A stretch of 64,000 nt of DNA from Hypanus sabinus (lineage: Eukaryota): positions 22,196,001 through 22,260,000 of the forward strand of contig NC_082712.1 in assembly GCF_030144855.1 (NCBI RefSeq), written 5' to 3'. Of this stretch, positions 1 through 12,511 are shown piece by piece (position 1 is the stretch's first letter; every line of letters begins with the position of its first letter). Both the position numbers and the translations under genes were made by a program. The notes under the pieces were generated by a model. The model was not told the origin of the DNA, did not search any database, and was given only the letters and a program-made list of their open reading frames with translations.

Positions 1-1120
1 AGATCTCTATCCTTACCAAGCTTTTGAACCTTTTGTAAGCTTTTCTTTTCATCTTGACTGGCTTTTCACCAGCCTTTGTACACTATGGTTCCTGTACCCT
101 ACAGTCCTTTCCATCTCATTGGAATGTACCTACGCAGAACACCACACAAATATCCCCTGAACATTTGCCACATTTCTGCCGTACATTTCCCTGAGAACAT
201 CTGCTCCCAGTTTATGCTTCCAGGTTCCTACCTGATTGCTTCATATTTCCCCTTACTCCAATTAAAGACATTCGTAACTTGCCTGTTCCTAGCCTTCTCC
301 AATTATACGGTAAAGGAGATGGAATTGTGATCACTATCTCCAAAATGCTCTCCCACTGAGAGACCTGACACCTGAGCAGGTTCATTTCCCAATACCAGAT
401 CGAGTACAGCCTTTCCTCTTGTAGGCTTATCTGCATATTGTGTCAGGACACCTTCCTGGACACAACTAACAAACTCCACCCCTTGCTCTAGGGAAATGCC
501 AATCAGTATTATGGAAATTAAAATCTCCCATCATGACAACCCTGTTATTATTGCACTGTTCTAGAACCTGTCTCCTTATCTGCTCCTCACTGGCACTTTT
601 ACTACAGAGTGGAGTATAAAAAACACACAGTAGAGTTATTGACTCCTTCCTGTTTTTAACTTCCACCCGGAGAGACTCAGTAGGCAGTTCCTCTATGACT
701 TCCTCCTTTTCTGCAGCTGTGACACTATCTCTGATCAGCAGTGCCGCGCCCCCACCTCTTTTGCCTCCCTCCCTATCCTTTCTGAAACATCTAAAGCCTA
801 TCATTCTACGTAACCATTCCTGCCCCTGAACCATCCTAGTCTCCGCAATAGCCATAACATCGTAGCTCCAAGTGATGATCCACGCTCTCAGCTCATCCGC
901 TTTGTTCAGGATGCTTCTTGCATTAAAATAAACACAGCTCAAACCATCGGCCTGAGCACATCCCTTCTCTATCACCTGCCTATCCTCCCTCTCGCACTGT
1001 CTCCAAGCTTTCTCTATCTGTAAGCAAACAGCCCCTTCCTCTGTCTCTTCAGTTCAGTTCCCAACCCACAGCAATTATAGTTTAAACTCTCCCCAGTAGC
1101 CTTAGCAAACCTCCCTCCAT
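1..1120 (-). mobile_element. CR1 LINE fragment, ORF2 N-terminal APE endonuclease region
   Basis: ORF 466-975 has YFNARSI, AETR, RKDREGGKRGGGAALL and MGDFN motifs. Downstream frames are broken. Confidence 0.9.
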
Positions 1121-1776
1121 GTTAAAGTTGAAGCCAGAGTTGGTTATTTCACCACCATTCAGTACCACCATGACTAATCTTTTAATTCAGCAACACTTTG
1201 TTGTACAATTCATTAGTTAGTTGTTTTTGAATCAGAAAGCAATGTGTACTCCTTTTGCCTTATCACTTGTAAGTAACACAAGGCAATAGCGCCATCAACA
1301 TGTCAGGCAAGGTAGCTGAGTTGTTAGAATGATAATGTTTTTCCACAGTCTTAACAGAAAAGCTATTTTTTTATATTGTTCAAAATATAATATGTAGAAT
1401 TAAACAGAAACCAAGTATGAAAAAAATAAAAGTATTAATTTTCTGAAAAGTAAAAGTTTTGTTGAAGACTTTAAGTTCCTACTTTAAGTGGAGCCTCTCA
1501 TCCACACATCTACGTTTGCTGCCACAAGAAAGCAGCTTGCATAATGAAGGACCCCTAGCATCCAGGCCATGCTGTCTTCTCACTGCTACCATCAGGAAGG
1601 AAGTACAGGAGCCTTAGGACCTACATCACCATGTTCAGGGTCAGTTATTACCCTTCAATAATCAGGCTTTTGAACCAGAGTGGAAAACTTCACTCACATT
1701 GACACTCAACTAATTCCACAACCTGTGGACACACTGTCAAGAATCCTACATGTTATGTTTCCTGTATTTATTTATT

Positions 1777-1971
1777 NNNNNNNNNNNNNNNNNNNNNNNN
1801 NNNNNNNNNNNNNNNNNNNNNNNNNNNNNNNNNNNNNNNNNNNNNNNNNNNNNNNNNNNNNNNNNNNNNNNNNNNNNNNNNNNNNNNNNNNNNNNNNNNN
1901 NNNNNNNNNNNNNNNNNNNNNNNNNNNNNNNNNNNNNNNNNNNNNNNNNNNNNNNNNNNNNNNNNNNNNNN
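1777..1971. other. Assembly gap (195 N)
   Basis: Run of n. Confidence 1.
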
Positions 1972-2052
1972 TACACAGTTTGTCTTCTTCTGCCCATTGA
2001 TTGCTAGTAAATATTTGTGTACAGTCTTTCATTGATTCTATGTATTATTTGT

Positions 2053-2179
2053 CCTGACAAAGGGTCTCTGCCCGAAACATTGACTGCTCGTTTCAACAGA
2101 TGCTGCCCGACCTGCTGAGTTCCTCCAGCTTGTTTGTACATGTTGATTTGACAACAGCATCTGCAGTGTACTTTGTGCT
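2053..2179 (+). mobile_element. Stand-alone Penelope pLTR-derived unit headed by a hammerhead-like motif
   Basis: cctgacaaagggtctctgcccgaaacattgactg...; flanked by the perfect 10 bp direct repeat tattatttgt (2043-2052 and 2180-2189). Confidence 0.75.
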
Positions 2180-2639
2180 TATTATTTGTTCTACTGTGAA
2201 TGCCTACAAAAATGAATCTCAGGATAATATATGACAACATATGCATACTTTGATAATAAATTTACTTTGAATTTTGGACACTGAGGGAAGGGGCTCAATC
2301 CAGACCTAATTAATGTGAGGCAATGGTACTGTCTGTAAGCTGTACTTTAGAAATGCAGAAGGTCTTGATTCAGTTGCAAGGGGATCCAAGATGTTGGGAA
2401 GTTTGGTCTTCTTTCACCCTTGATCGACCCTGTGCCTAAATCTATACTACGTATGACCTCTTGTCCCCCAACTTTCTCCACTTCTCGCTCTCTCACTTTG
2501 ACCTTTTCTCTTCAACTTTTACACACATATTGCCTGCTTTCAATACTAACCCTTCACTCCTCCGCTAGTCATTTCAGTCAAGACCCTATTGATCCTCCCC
2601 TGGGTCCTAGCCCTCCCATCCAAACTCCTTGTAAATATT

Positions 2640-3115
2640 CCAGTCAAACCTGCATCCAAACTTCCACTCACAGCATGCTCCACACTTGTACCGCCCTCCA
2701 AGTATTGAAGTTCCCCCTCAGGTTCCCCTTAAACATTTCACCTTTCACCCTGAAGCTACGACCTCTAGTTCTCGTCTCACCCAACCTTAGTGGAAAGGGC
2801 TTGTTTGCATTAACTCTGTCTATACTGCCCATAAATTCTGTACACCTCTATTAAATCTCCCCTCAATTTCCTGCACTGCAGTGGAAAAATGAATGAACCT
2901 ATTCAACCTTTCCCTATAACTCAGTTCCCTCAAGTCCCGGCAACATCCTTGTATATTTTGTCGGTACTCTTTCAATCTTACTGATATCTTTCCTGTAGGT
3001 AGGTGACTAAAACTGCAGACAATGGTCCAAATTTGGCCTCATGAAGGCCTTATACAACTGCAACAGAACATCTCAATTTCTGTACTCAGTACTTTGATTT
3101 ATAAAGGCCAAAGTG
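2640..3115 (-). mobile_element. CR1 LINE 3' ORF2 fragment
   Basis: Reverse complement of the typical CR1 RPxLEYC/WSP and FFTQRVV region. Confidence 0.8.
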
Positions 3116-4181
3116 TCATTCATCATAGTCTTCTTTATTTAGGTTAAAAACCGTGATTTCAGATTGTACCACATCACTTTCAAGCTCAATGTAAATTTAA
3201 TCTTTTCATGTTTACCTTTTCCTGAGGCTCCTTGATGATAAGATTATTAATTCATACTTTCTCGTTATACGATACTAGGTACAATAAAACCTTCTCCCTT
3301 TTTGCTGACTCAAAATACTGACCTAAAAGGCCATCTTGTACACATTTCGGGAACCCTCTACTACATCATTTTTACAAAAATGCTTCTACTAATTTGATTT
3401 GATATGTAAATTAAAACAATCTGCTTGATGAACTCAGCAGCATCTGTGTGGGGAAAGAAGTTAACAATGTTTTGGGCTGAGACCCTGCATCAATGCTGCA
3501 TTTTCCTTAATGTGTACTATATCTGCCTTGTGCTGTATGTGACTGCTGGCATTATATTTTGCAACTTGGCCCTGGAGTAATGCTGTTTAGTTTGGCTATA
3601 TTCAAGGGTATTGTATGTTTGAATGACAAGAACTTGAACTTGACATTGAAGGAGAGGGAAGGTAGCTGGTCATTCGTGGGGAGGTAAATAGAGAGAAGTG
3701 GAACCTCAGAGCAAGTGAGAAGGGAAGATTCTTCAAGGTTCAAGTTCAAGTTCAATGTCCAAATTTCAAGTTCAAATTGAATTTATTATCAAAGTACAAA
3801 TAGTGCACCACCTTGAAAGTCACTTTGTTGCAGGCATTCACAGTACAGCAAAGTAACGCACCTAGAATCAATGAAACTCCACACAAATGAAGTCTGACAA
3901 ACAACTAATGTACCTCACAAAGTTGGTTTGCTTTGGAAGACTTTACAGTGGTTTTGTGCAATGGAGACACGGGAGCCTGCAGAGTTGGAACTTAGTACAG
4001 GCAGAAGAGATTTAGCTTAATTCAGCATTATGTTTGTTACAGGCTTTGTGCCGTAGAATCTAGTCCATTCTTTCTACTGTTCCATGTACAATGTCAGAAA
4101 CAATACTCTGACAGGGGTCTATCCCCGAAGCACCAACCTTCCCTCACACGGAACCATCAGATTGTTGTTCCAGATCCCATC

Positions 4182-7125
4182 ATAAAACATAGAACATAGA
4201 CCCTAGAAATCTACAGCACATTACAGGTCCTTTGGCCCACAAATTTGCTGATGACACAAGGCTGAGTGGCAGTGTGAAATCTCAGGAGGATGTTATGCGA
4301 ATGCAGGGCGACTTGGACAGGTTGGGTGAGTGGGCAAATGTATGGCAGATGCAGTTTAATGTGGATAAATGTGAGGTTATCCACTTTGGTGGCAAGAACA
4401 GGAAGACAGATTACTATCTAAACGGAGTCAAGTTAGGAAAAGGGGAAGCACAACGAGATCTAGGTGTTCTTGTACATCAGTCAATGAAAGCAAGCATGCA
4501 GGTACAGCAGGCAGTGAACAAAGCTAATGGCATGCTGGCTTTTATAACAAAAGGAATTGAGTATAGGAATAAAGAGGTCCTTCTGCAGCTGTACAGGGCC
4601 CTGATGAGACCCCACCTGGAGTATTGTGTGCAGTTTTGGTCTCCAAATTTGAGGAAGGACATTCTTGCTATTGAGGGAGTGCAAAGGTTGGGGGTGTTGT
4701 GGATAGTGTGGAGGGTTGTCAGAGGTTACAGCGGGACATTGATATGATGCAGAACTGGGCTGACAAGAGCAAATGGAGTTCAACCCAAACAGGTGTGAAG
4801 TTCACAAGGTTAATTCCCGGAATGGCGGGACTGTCATATGTTGAAAGATTGGAGTGACTGGGCTTTATACACTAGAATTTAGAATGATGGGAGGGAATCT
4901 GATTGAAACATACAAGATTATTAAGGGATTGGACACACTGGAGGCAGGAAGCACATTCCCGCTGATGGGCGAGTCCAGAACTAAAGGCCACAGTTTAGAA
5001 TAAGGGGTAGGCCATTTAGAACAGAGATGCGGAAAAACTTTTTCACCCAGAGAGTGGTGGATATTTGGAATGCACTGCCCCAGAAGGCAGTGGAGGCCAA
5101 GTCTCTGGATGCATTCAAGAGAGAATTAGATAGAGCTCTTATAGATAGCAGGGTCAAGGGATATGGGGAGAGGGCAGGAACGGGGTACTGATTGTATATG
5201 ATCAGCCATGATCACAGTGAATGGAGGTGCTGGCTAGAAGGGCCGAAAGGCCTACTCCTGCACTTACTGTCTATTGTCTATTGTGAACTCCTGGCAGCCC
5301 TGATCGTTCTCTGTGTTTCCTACCGAAGGTGAAGAGTCCTACTTATTAGGCAGTAGGACATACCAGCCTTAATTAGTCACCGTTAATTTAAGACTATACA
5401 TTAGAATTTGGTGCACCTATTAAGTAGTTGCAATGATATTACAAAATAAACAGAAGTACTAATTTAAATACAGTCTACAAACAACATATACACATTTACT
5501 CATCCCAATTATGGGGAGAGGGCAGGAACCAGGTACTGATTGTGTATGATCAGCCATGATCACAGTGAATGGTGGTGCTGGCTAGAAGGGCCAAATGGCC
5601 TACTCCTGCACCTACTGTCTATTGTCAATGTTGTGCCAGCCGTGTAAACTACTCTAGAAACTGCCTAGAATTTCCCTAGCGCTTCACCTTCTATTTTTCT
5701 AAGCTCCATGTACCTAATCTAAGAGTCTCTTAAAAGACCCTATTGTATCCGCTTCCACCAGCATCGCCGGCAGTGCATTCCACACATCCACCACTCTCTG
5801 TGTGAAAATCTTACCCCTGACATCCCCTCTGTACCTATTTCAAGCACCTTTAAACTATGCTCCCTTGTGTTAGCCATATCAGCCCTGGAAAAAAGCCTCT
5901 ACACAATCAATGCCCCTCATTGTCTTATACACCTCTATCAGGTCACCTCTCATCATCACTCCAAGGAGAAAAGGCCAAGTTCACTCAACCTATTCTCATA
6001 AGGCACACTCTCCAATCCAGGCAACATCCTCTTAAATCTCCTCTGCACTTTCTCTATGGTATCTACATCCTTCCTTTAGTGAGGTGACCAGAACTGAGCA
6101 CGGTATCCAAATAGGGTATGACCAAGTCTTACATAGCTGTAACATTACCTCATGGCTCTTGAACTCAATCATGAATGGCATCACACCATTTGCCTCCTTA
6201 ACAACACTGTCAACCTGTGCAGCAGCTTTGAGTGTCCTATGGACACAGACCCCAAGATCTTGCTGATCCTCCACACTGCCAAGAGTCTTACTTTTATTAC
6301 TATATTCTGCCTTCAAATTTGACCTTCCAAAATGAAGCACTTCACACCTTTTTGGGTTGAACTCCATTTGCTCTTGTCAGCCCAGTTCTGCATCATATCA
6401 ATGTCCCGCTGTAACCTCTGACAACCCTCCACACTATCCACAACACCCCCAACCTTTGTGCCATCAGCAAACTTACTAACCCACCCTTCTACTTCTTCAT
6501 ACAGGTCTTTTATAAAAATAGCAAAGAGGAAGGATCCAGAACAGATCCCTGCAGGACACCACTTGTCACCTACCTCCATGCAGAATACGAACCATCTACA
6601 ACCATCCTTAGCCTTCTGTGGGCAAGCAAAGCAAGGACCCACAAAGCAATGTCTCCTTGGATCCCATGCTTCCTTACTTTCTGAATGAACCTTGCATGGG
6701 GAACCTTATCAAATGCCTTACTGAAATCCATATACATTACATCTACTGTTCTACCTTCAGCAATGTGTTTTGTTACATCCTCAAAGAATTCAATCAGGCT
6801 CATAAGGCATGACCTGCCCTTGACAAAGCCATGCTGACTATCCCTATTCAGATTATGTCTCTTCAAATGATCATAAAGCCTGCCTCTCAGGATCTTCTCC
6901 AACAACTTGTCCACCACTGAAGTAAGACTCACTGGTCTATGATTTCCTGGGTTATCGCTACTCCCTTTCTTGATAAAGGGAACAGCATTTGCAACCTTCC
7001 AATCCTCTGGTACGTCTCCTGTTGCTATTGAAGATGCAAAGATCATTGCCAAAGTCTCAACAATCTCCTCCCTCTCTTCCCACGGTAGCCTGGGATATAT
7101 CTCATCCAGACCCAATGACTTTCCT
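4182..7125 (-). mobile_element. CR1 LINE (host copy), interrupted at 4243-5626
   Basis: Tail catagaa repeats at about 4182; the copy resumes at aatgttgtgcc (5627). ORF 6570-7115 has PEDWKVANAVP, RPVSLTSVV, QHGF and MDFSKAFDKVPH; ORFs 6313-6642 and 6032-6367 continue the RT domain. Confidence 0.9.
4243..5283 (+). mobile_element. CR1 LINE, 5'-truncated RT/3' end, nested in the host CR1
   Basis: ORF 4232-4747 has KFADDT, WQMQFNVDKC and RPHLEYCVQFWSP; tail ctattgtctattg. Confidence 0.9.
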
Positions 7126-8349
7126 AATGTCTATATGCTCAAGCATTTCAGTTTGCTGTAAGCAATCCCCACAATTGTCAAGGTCCTTTTCCCTGGTCAT
7201 CTGCAGACTCTTGTAAGTCTATTTGCAAATTGAAATTTCTTATAATTACATTGTTACCTTGTTACAATTGCCTTTAATTTCCTCATTGATTCTGGCCCCT
7301 ATATCTATTCTACTCATCCCCACCTTATAAACACTCCCACCAATTTTTTCTTCCCTTAGCTTCCTGCAACCTCTGATCTGATTCTAACTGTACAACTTTT
7401 AAACCAATTTTCTTCCTAGTTATTGTGCTAATGTCAAAACCTATTAACAGCAATACTGCATCTGCTTTTTTGCTTATACATGTCCTTACTGAATTTTAAA
7501 AACCACTTTAGTATTTAATTTGTAGATTTGTTTACACTTCAGCCCCTTTTCTCTAATAGCAAGCAGCTGGTACCTCCTTACACCATTAGGGGTGGATAAT
7601 TTCTGAGAGGGTCAGACTCTGTGGGAAGTGAATTAGTGTAGGATTACTGTAAGTGGGCGCTTGATGGTCAGCATAGCCCCTGTTTCCATGGTTCTTGAAC
7701 TTGTGCCACAGATTCATCAACTCCGTCGATGATACAGCATGTATTTAAATATTATGCTTTTATATGTTGGCTTTTAACATTTTTCAAAGTTCAAAATAAA
7801 TTTTATTATCAAAGTACCTACATGTTATCATATACAACCCTGAGAGATTCATTTTCTTCTGGACATAGTCAATAAATCTATAGAATAATAACCATAACGG
7901 ATTCAATAAGAGGCCACCCCACGAGGGTGTTCATCCAGGATTCAGAAGAGAACAAATTCTGCAAATACAAAAGAAGTAATAATAATAAATAAATAAGAAA
8001 TAAATAATAAATATCACCACTGAGACTCAGATACTACTTCCCTGCACAAGATGGTCAGAAGGAAGTTCTGGAGCTTGATTGTCCCGTGGTACCACAAGAG
8101 ATCAGTGCGGTCACTAGTTATTTGATGGTACGAGGTGGGGTAGGGGGAGATGGAGATGCTGGTGAATGCAAAACGTGAGCCAGATTATCTACAATCTGAT
8201 CCATCACTCTAATGTTGATTCTCACTTCAAATTGTAGCTCCCTCCATGTCCAGCAGGGAATTCATCCAATGGAGCACTTTCCCAAACTTGGTCTCCTTCA
8301 AAGGCCTTGCTGAAAGTTGTGAACACAACCTGCACTATCACAAAACCTG

Positions 8350-8520
8350 TAGGGTGGCACAGTACATTAGCGGTTGGCATAATGCTATTATTTCACAGGT
8401 GACCTGGTTTTGATTCTGCCACTGTCTGTAAGGAGTTTGTAACTTCTCCCTGTAGCCACATGGGTTTTCTCAGGGGGCTCTGGTCTCCTCCCACATTCCA
8501 AAGACATATGGGTTAGTAGA
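8350..8520 (+). mobile_element. tRNA-derived V-SINE (HE1/MER6-like)
   Basis: Head gggtggcacagt...gcggttggcat; V-domain-like aggagtttgt...ctccc...tgggtttt...ctcccacattccaaagac. Confidence 0.7.
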
Positions 8521-8634
8521 TGGACTTGAAGTGCACACCATTGGGAGCATTTAATAGGTCTTCATTACCACCCGCAGCTAGAACAACCTTAAGAAACTCT
8601 GTTGGCTCAGCTGCTAAGCTCGTGGAACTGTTTC

Positions 8635-9020
8635 TACTGACAGGAGAAGGGGCATAGGCAGGTTACTGGTGCCTTGAAATCAGTCACTTCCCAAAACCAG
8701 GGCTCATCGACTGTGATTGGCAACTCATCTAGGAGAAAGGAAATTCTGCCCTCAAACCTTTGCTACCTTGCAGCTAGACACACTCATAGGGAAGGCTTCA
8801 GATGTAAACCCCAAGTGAAAATCTTGAGGTGGGGTCCCTAAAGCAGTCCTACATTCAGTTCAACGCTGACTGGCAACTCCTGCGACACTGCTGGTACCAA
8901 ATTGTACTGGTCTCTGCCATTCCTTTGAGTTCATCAGATGCCTGGGGGGTGGGGGGGAGTATGCTACATGAGCAACAGTTTGCTCTTCACATTGTGCTGC
9001 CCAGGCTTGCATATCTAGAT
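8635..9020 (+). mobile_element. RTE-like LINE 5' region fragment
   Basis: ggcaactcatctaggagaaaggaaattctg...caaacc motif resembling RTE 5' UTRs; shares sequence with the SINE at 42275-42603. Confidence 0.45.
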
Positions 9021-9749
9021 GCAACGTTCATGGTCAATGCATTGTTCTGGCTTGCATCCAGGTTTGGGTCTAGCTTGCACATCATGTCGACAGGTGGACT
9101 GCAACATCCATGGTTGACCCTAACCTCAAAAAGTTTTTATATCTTGAGAGATGCTATGGCATGAACCTACAATAAAGAAGAATTTCATCTATAACAAGCA
9201 CTCTACATTTTTTGACCGCTTTATTAGGTACACCTGTACACCTGCTCTTTAATGCAAAGATATAATCAGTCAACCATGTGGCAGCAACTCAATGCATAAA
9301 AGCATGCAGACATGGTCAAGAGGTTCAGTTGTTGTTTAGACCCAACATCAGAATGTGGAAGAAACGTGGTCTAAGTGACCTTAACATGGAATGATTATTG
9401 GTGCCATATAGGATGGTTTGAATATCTCAGAAGCATCTGGCCTCCTGGGCTTTTTTTTCACAGATAAGCAGTCTCCGGAGTTTACAAAGAATGGTGCAAA
9501 AAATCCAGTGAGTGGCAGTGAAAACACCCGGTTAATGAGGAATTCAGCGGAGAATGGCCAGACTAGTTCAAGCTGACAAGAAGGCAACAGTAACTCAAAT
9601 AAGCAAATAACAACATGTTATATCAGAACCAAAATCAAAATCAGAATCACTTCATTACCAGTATATGAAGCACACCTGAACTGATTGTGGTTCATTGCCA
9701 AGCATAAAACATAGGATAATGCAATCCTTCCACTGTCTTGATGGCATTA

Positions 9750-10260
9750 AGCTACAAGTTCTTATGAGTACACCATGCCACAAGGTGGTCTACCTCTCTT
9801 TGATAGAACGTCACATCATTATTAGAGATGAGATCAACTACCGTCATGTCATCTGCGAACACTAGAATTTTAATGGATTTGTCAGTGGAGGCACTGTCAT
9901 TTGTATAAAGTGAGAAAAGGAGGAGTAAAAGAACAAAGGCCTGGGGAGAGCGTGTGCTTGTGGACATTGGAGCCCAGTTGGAGACCGGCCTTACATACTG
10001 TTATTTTTCTGTCTGGAAGTTCGTAATCCACTGACAGATACTGTAGGATACAGCTAGCTGGGTTAGCTTACTGTGAAACGACTCCAGAAAAACAGTGTTG
10101 AAGTTGGAGCCGAAATCCACAAACAAGATCCTCCCATTGGTGTTGGGGGTGCCCAAATATAATTAAGACACAAAATAACTGCATCCTCAACTGAGTGATC
10201 TGCTCTGTAAGCAAACTGTAGTGGGTCGAGAAGAGGATCAGCGATGGACTTAATGCAGAC
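9750..10260 (-). mobile_element. Rex/Babar RT fragment
   Basis: ORFs give LDPLQFAYR..SVEDA and LFSLYTND..FADDMTVVDLISNND..YQREVDHLVAWC. Confidence 0.85.
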
Positions 10261-10399
10261 CAACATCAGATGCTGTGTTCGAAACAGTGGTGGACAGATG
10301 TGCATCTCTGAATGCATGACATATCAAACCTTGAAGTTGATGGGCTACAGCACTAGGAGACCACAAATATTCACTCAGTACCATTTTATTTGGTATAGC

Positions 10400-10770
10400 A
10401 GGTAGAGATACATCTCTACCAAAGGAGGTGTAAGGCACTCATTCCCTCCACTAGCCTGAAGGTCACCCCTGGGCAAGAAGTAGCACCTGCTTAGCCCCCT
10501 GATCAGGGTCATGTGAAGCCATGGGAGCAGGTGGTGGATGGTCGTATGAGCAGCTGGTGCACATCACAAGTCCTGGTTATGTGACTACTGATGCCAGTCA
10601 GACAATCTCTGAAGAGTATTGATAAATGCTGGGGTGATCTGTCTTGTAAAGACACTAGACCAGAAGGAGGTAATTGCTGATCACTTCTACAGAAAAATCT
10701 GCCAAGAACTATCATGGTTAAAGACCATGATCACCTAAGTCATATGACACGACACATAATGATGATGATA
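10400..10770 (+). mobile_element. SINE-like non-autonomous retroelement with a (GAT)n tail, possibly RTE-dependent
   Basis: Ends ...gacacgacacataatgatgatgat; a second copy lies inverted at 27328-27641. Confidence 0.65.
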
Positions 10771-11814
10771 AAGGCTACCTAATAAAGAGGCCACTTAGTG
10801 TATATGCATTTGCAACAAAGGAGTGACACATCAATAAATAGCTAGTATGATCTTTTTAGCAGCCTTACTTGATAAAGAGATTCAGTGAACATAGCAACAA
10901 AATCTAATTCCCTTTTCATGCACTCTGCCAGTTTTTTAAGTCACACTTCCTTCCCCTCTCCTATCACCTGCTTCCCCTCCCTTCACCTTCATATATTGAC
11001 TTCTGATCCTTTCTTTTCCAGTCCTGATGAAGAGTTTCGGCCCAAACCTTTTATCCCCCTCCCCCCACAGGTACTGCCCAACCCAATGAGTTCTTCCAGA
11101 TACCAACATTGTGCTGCCTCCTACATCTCAACAATAATTATATACATGTGAAGTACAACTTCAAATGCCCCATTGTGATGCGGACAATTTTCCCTCCCTT
11201 AGTCCCCCAACATCAAGCATCAGGAATATCTGGAGTCAAGCAGATGTCATTAGTGAACAAAGTGGTCTTTACAACAATCCAGCAGTTTCATGGTTAAATT
11301 GTCTGCTTCCTTTCATTCTATTTTAAACATCTTAATGACTTGAGTTTAAGTTCTCCAACTGTGGTGATCAGATTTAAACTCTTGCTCCTGGATCAATGGT
11401 CCTAGAAATCTGTCTGCTTGCCCAGTAACTCTGCTACTTCACCAGCCTCTGCATCCACTTTTAGAGGGAAAAAGGGTCAAATGAAGGGAATCCTTGGTCA
11501 GCATTAACCTGTTGGACCAAAGATCCTCTTGCCACGCTGTCTGACTCTATAACTCTATGAAGCTTGTTTCATTTCAAGTCATTTTGAACCAGCTAATGAA
11601 GTTTGTCTATTTGATAGTTCTGGTGGCATGGTCTGAAATTGAAATGTTTACAACTGTAATCAAAATTTTCTTTGGAATGTGGGATGAATCGGCAATCTAC
11701 CTAGTTGTATGCAGACCACTGTGTGTACCTACAAGTACAGTACCATTGCCCCTGTTTCCACTAAAAGAACAGTAAAAACATTTTTTTCTATTTGTGCATC
11801 CTTGATAGGTATTA

Positions 11815-12325
11815 AGTGCATGGTAGCACAGGGTCACAATTTGAAGAGATGCTGCCTCAAATGTGGGTTCAAACCTGACTTCAGATGCTGTCTGTGTGGA
11901 GTTTCCACATTATCCCTGTGTCTGTTTGTACAGGGATTGAGTCCTGATGATGGGTCTTAGCCCAAAATGTCGATTGTTTATTCCCCTCTATGGATGTTAT
12001 CTGACTTGATGACTTCCTACAGCATTCTAAGTGTGTCCCTGTAGCTGTGTGGTTTCCTCCTGGTCCCCCACTTTCCTCCCACATCCCAAAAACACAGGTT
12101 TCCTCCTGGTCCCCCACTTTCCTCCCACGTCCCAAAGACACAGATTGTAGGTCAATTAGTCATTGTAAATTGTCCCTAGTGTGTATGTTAGTGGTAGAGG
12201 ATGAGAGGAGTTGCTGAGAACATGGAAATTATGTAAATGTAGGATGTAAGTGAGTATGTAAATGTAGGATGGTTAGTATGGACTTGATAGGCCTAACGGC
12301 CTGTTTCTGTGTCATGTGGCTCTAT
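11815..12325 (+). mobile_element. V-SINE (HE1-like) interrupted by a Penelope unit, with an internal 46 bp tandem duplication
   Basis: V-domain-like ggtttcctcc...ctcccacatcccaaa occurs at 12051-12096 and 12097-12142; CR1-type tail. Confidence 0.65.
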
Positions 12326-12511
12326 GGCTTGGCAAAATTTGCAGCTATTTTCCACAACTGTGTGAATCATTTTCATTCAAACTTAAGAAACACAAAAAAA
12401 AACTACATGCAGGAATAGGATATTCCTTTCCACCCAACAGGTTGACTGTTTATTTCTTTTCATAGCTGACCTGCTGAGTTCGTCCAGCATATTGTTTTAC
12501 TCTGGATTTCC

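Larger units (their letters stand above)
1495..2275 (+). mobile_element. Rex/Babar-type LINE 3' fragment, split by the assembly gap and a Penelope unit
   Basis: ctaccatcaggaaggaagtacaggagcc (LPSGRxYRS-like) and the tail tttgataataaatttactttgaa, which recurs across the window. Confidence 0.7.
9205..10802 (+). mobile_element. Non-autonomous Tc1 derivative with two nested inserts
   Basis: TIR gaccgctttattaggtacacc, decayed N-terminal transposase, right TIR tacctaataaagaggccacttagtgTA. Interrupted at about 9620-10260 and 10400-10770. Confidence 0.85.

Noticed and set aside
1680-2032. Several ORFs across the N run
   Set aside because: Artefacts of translating an assembly gap.
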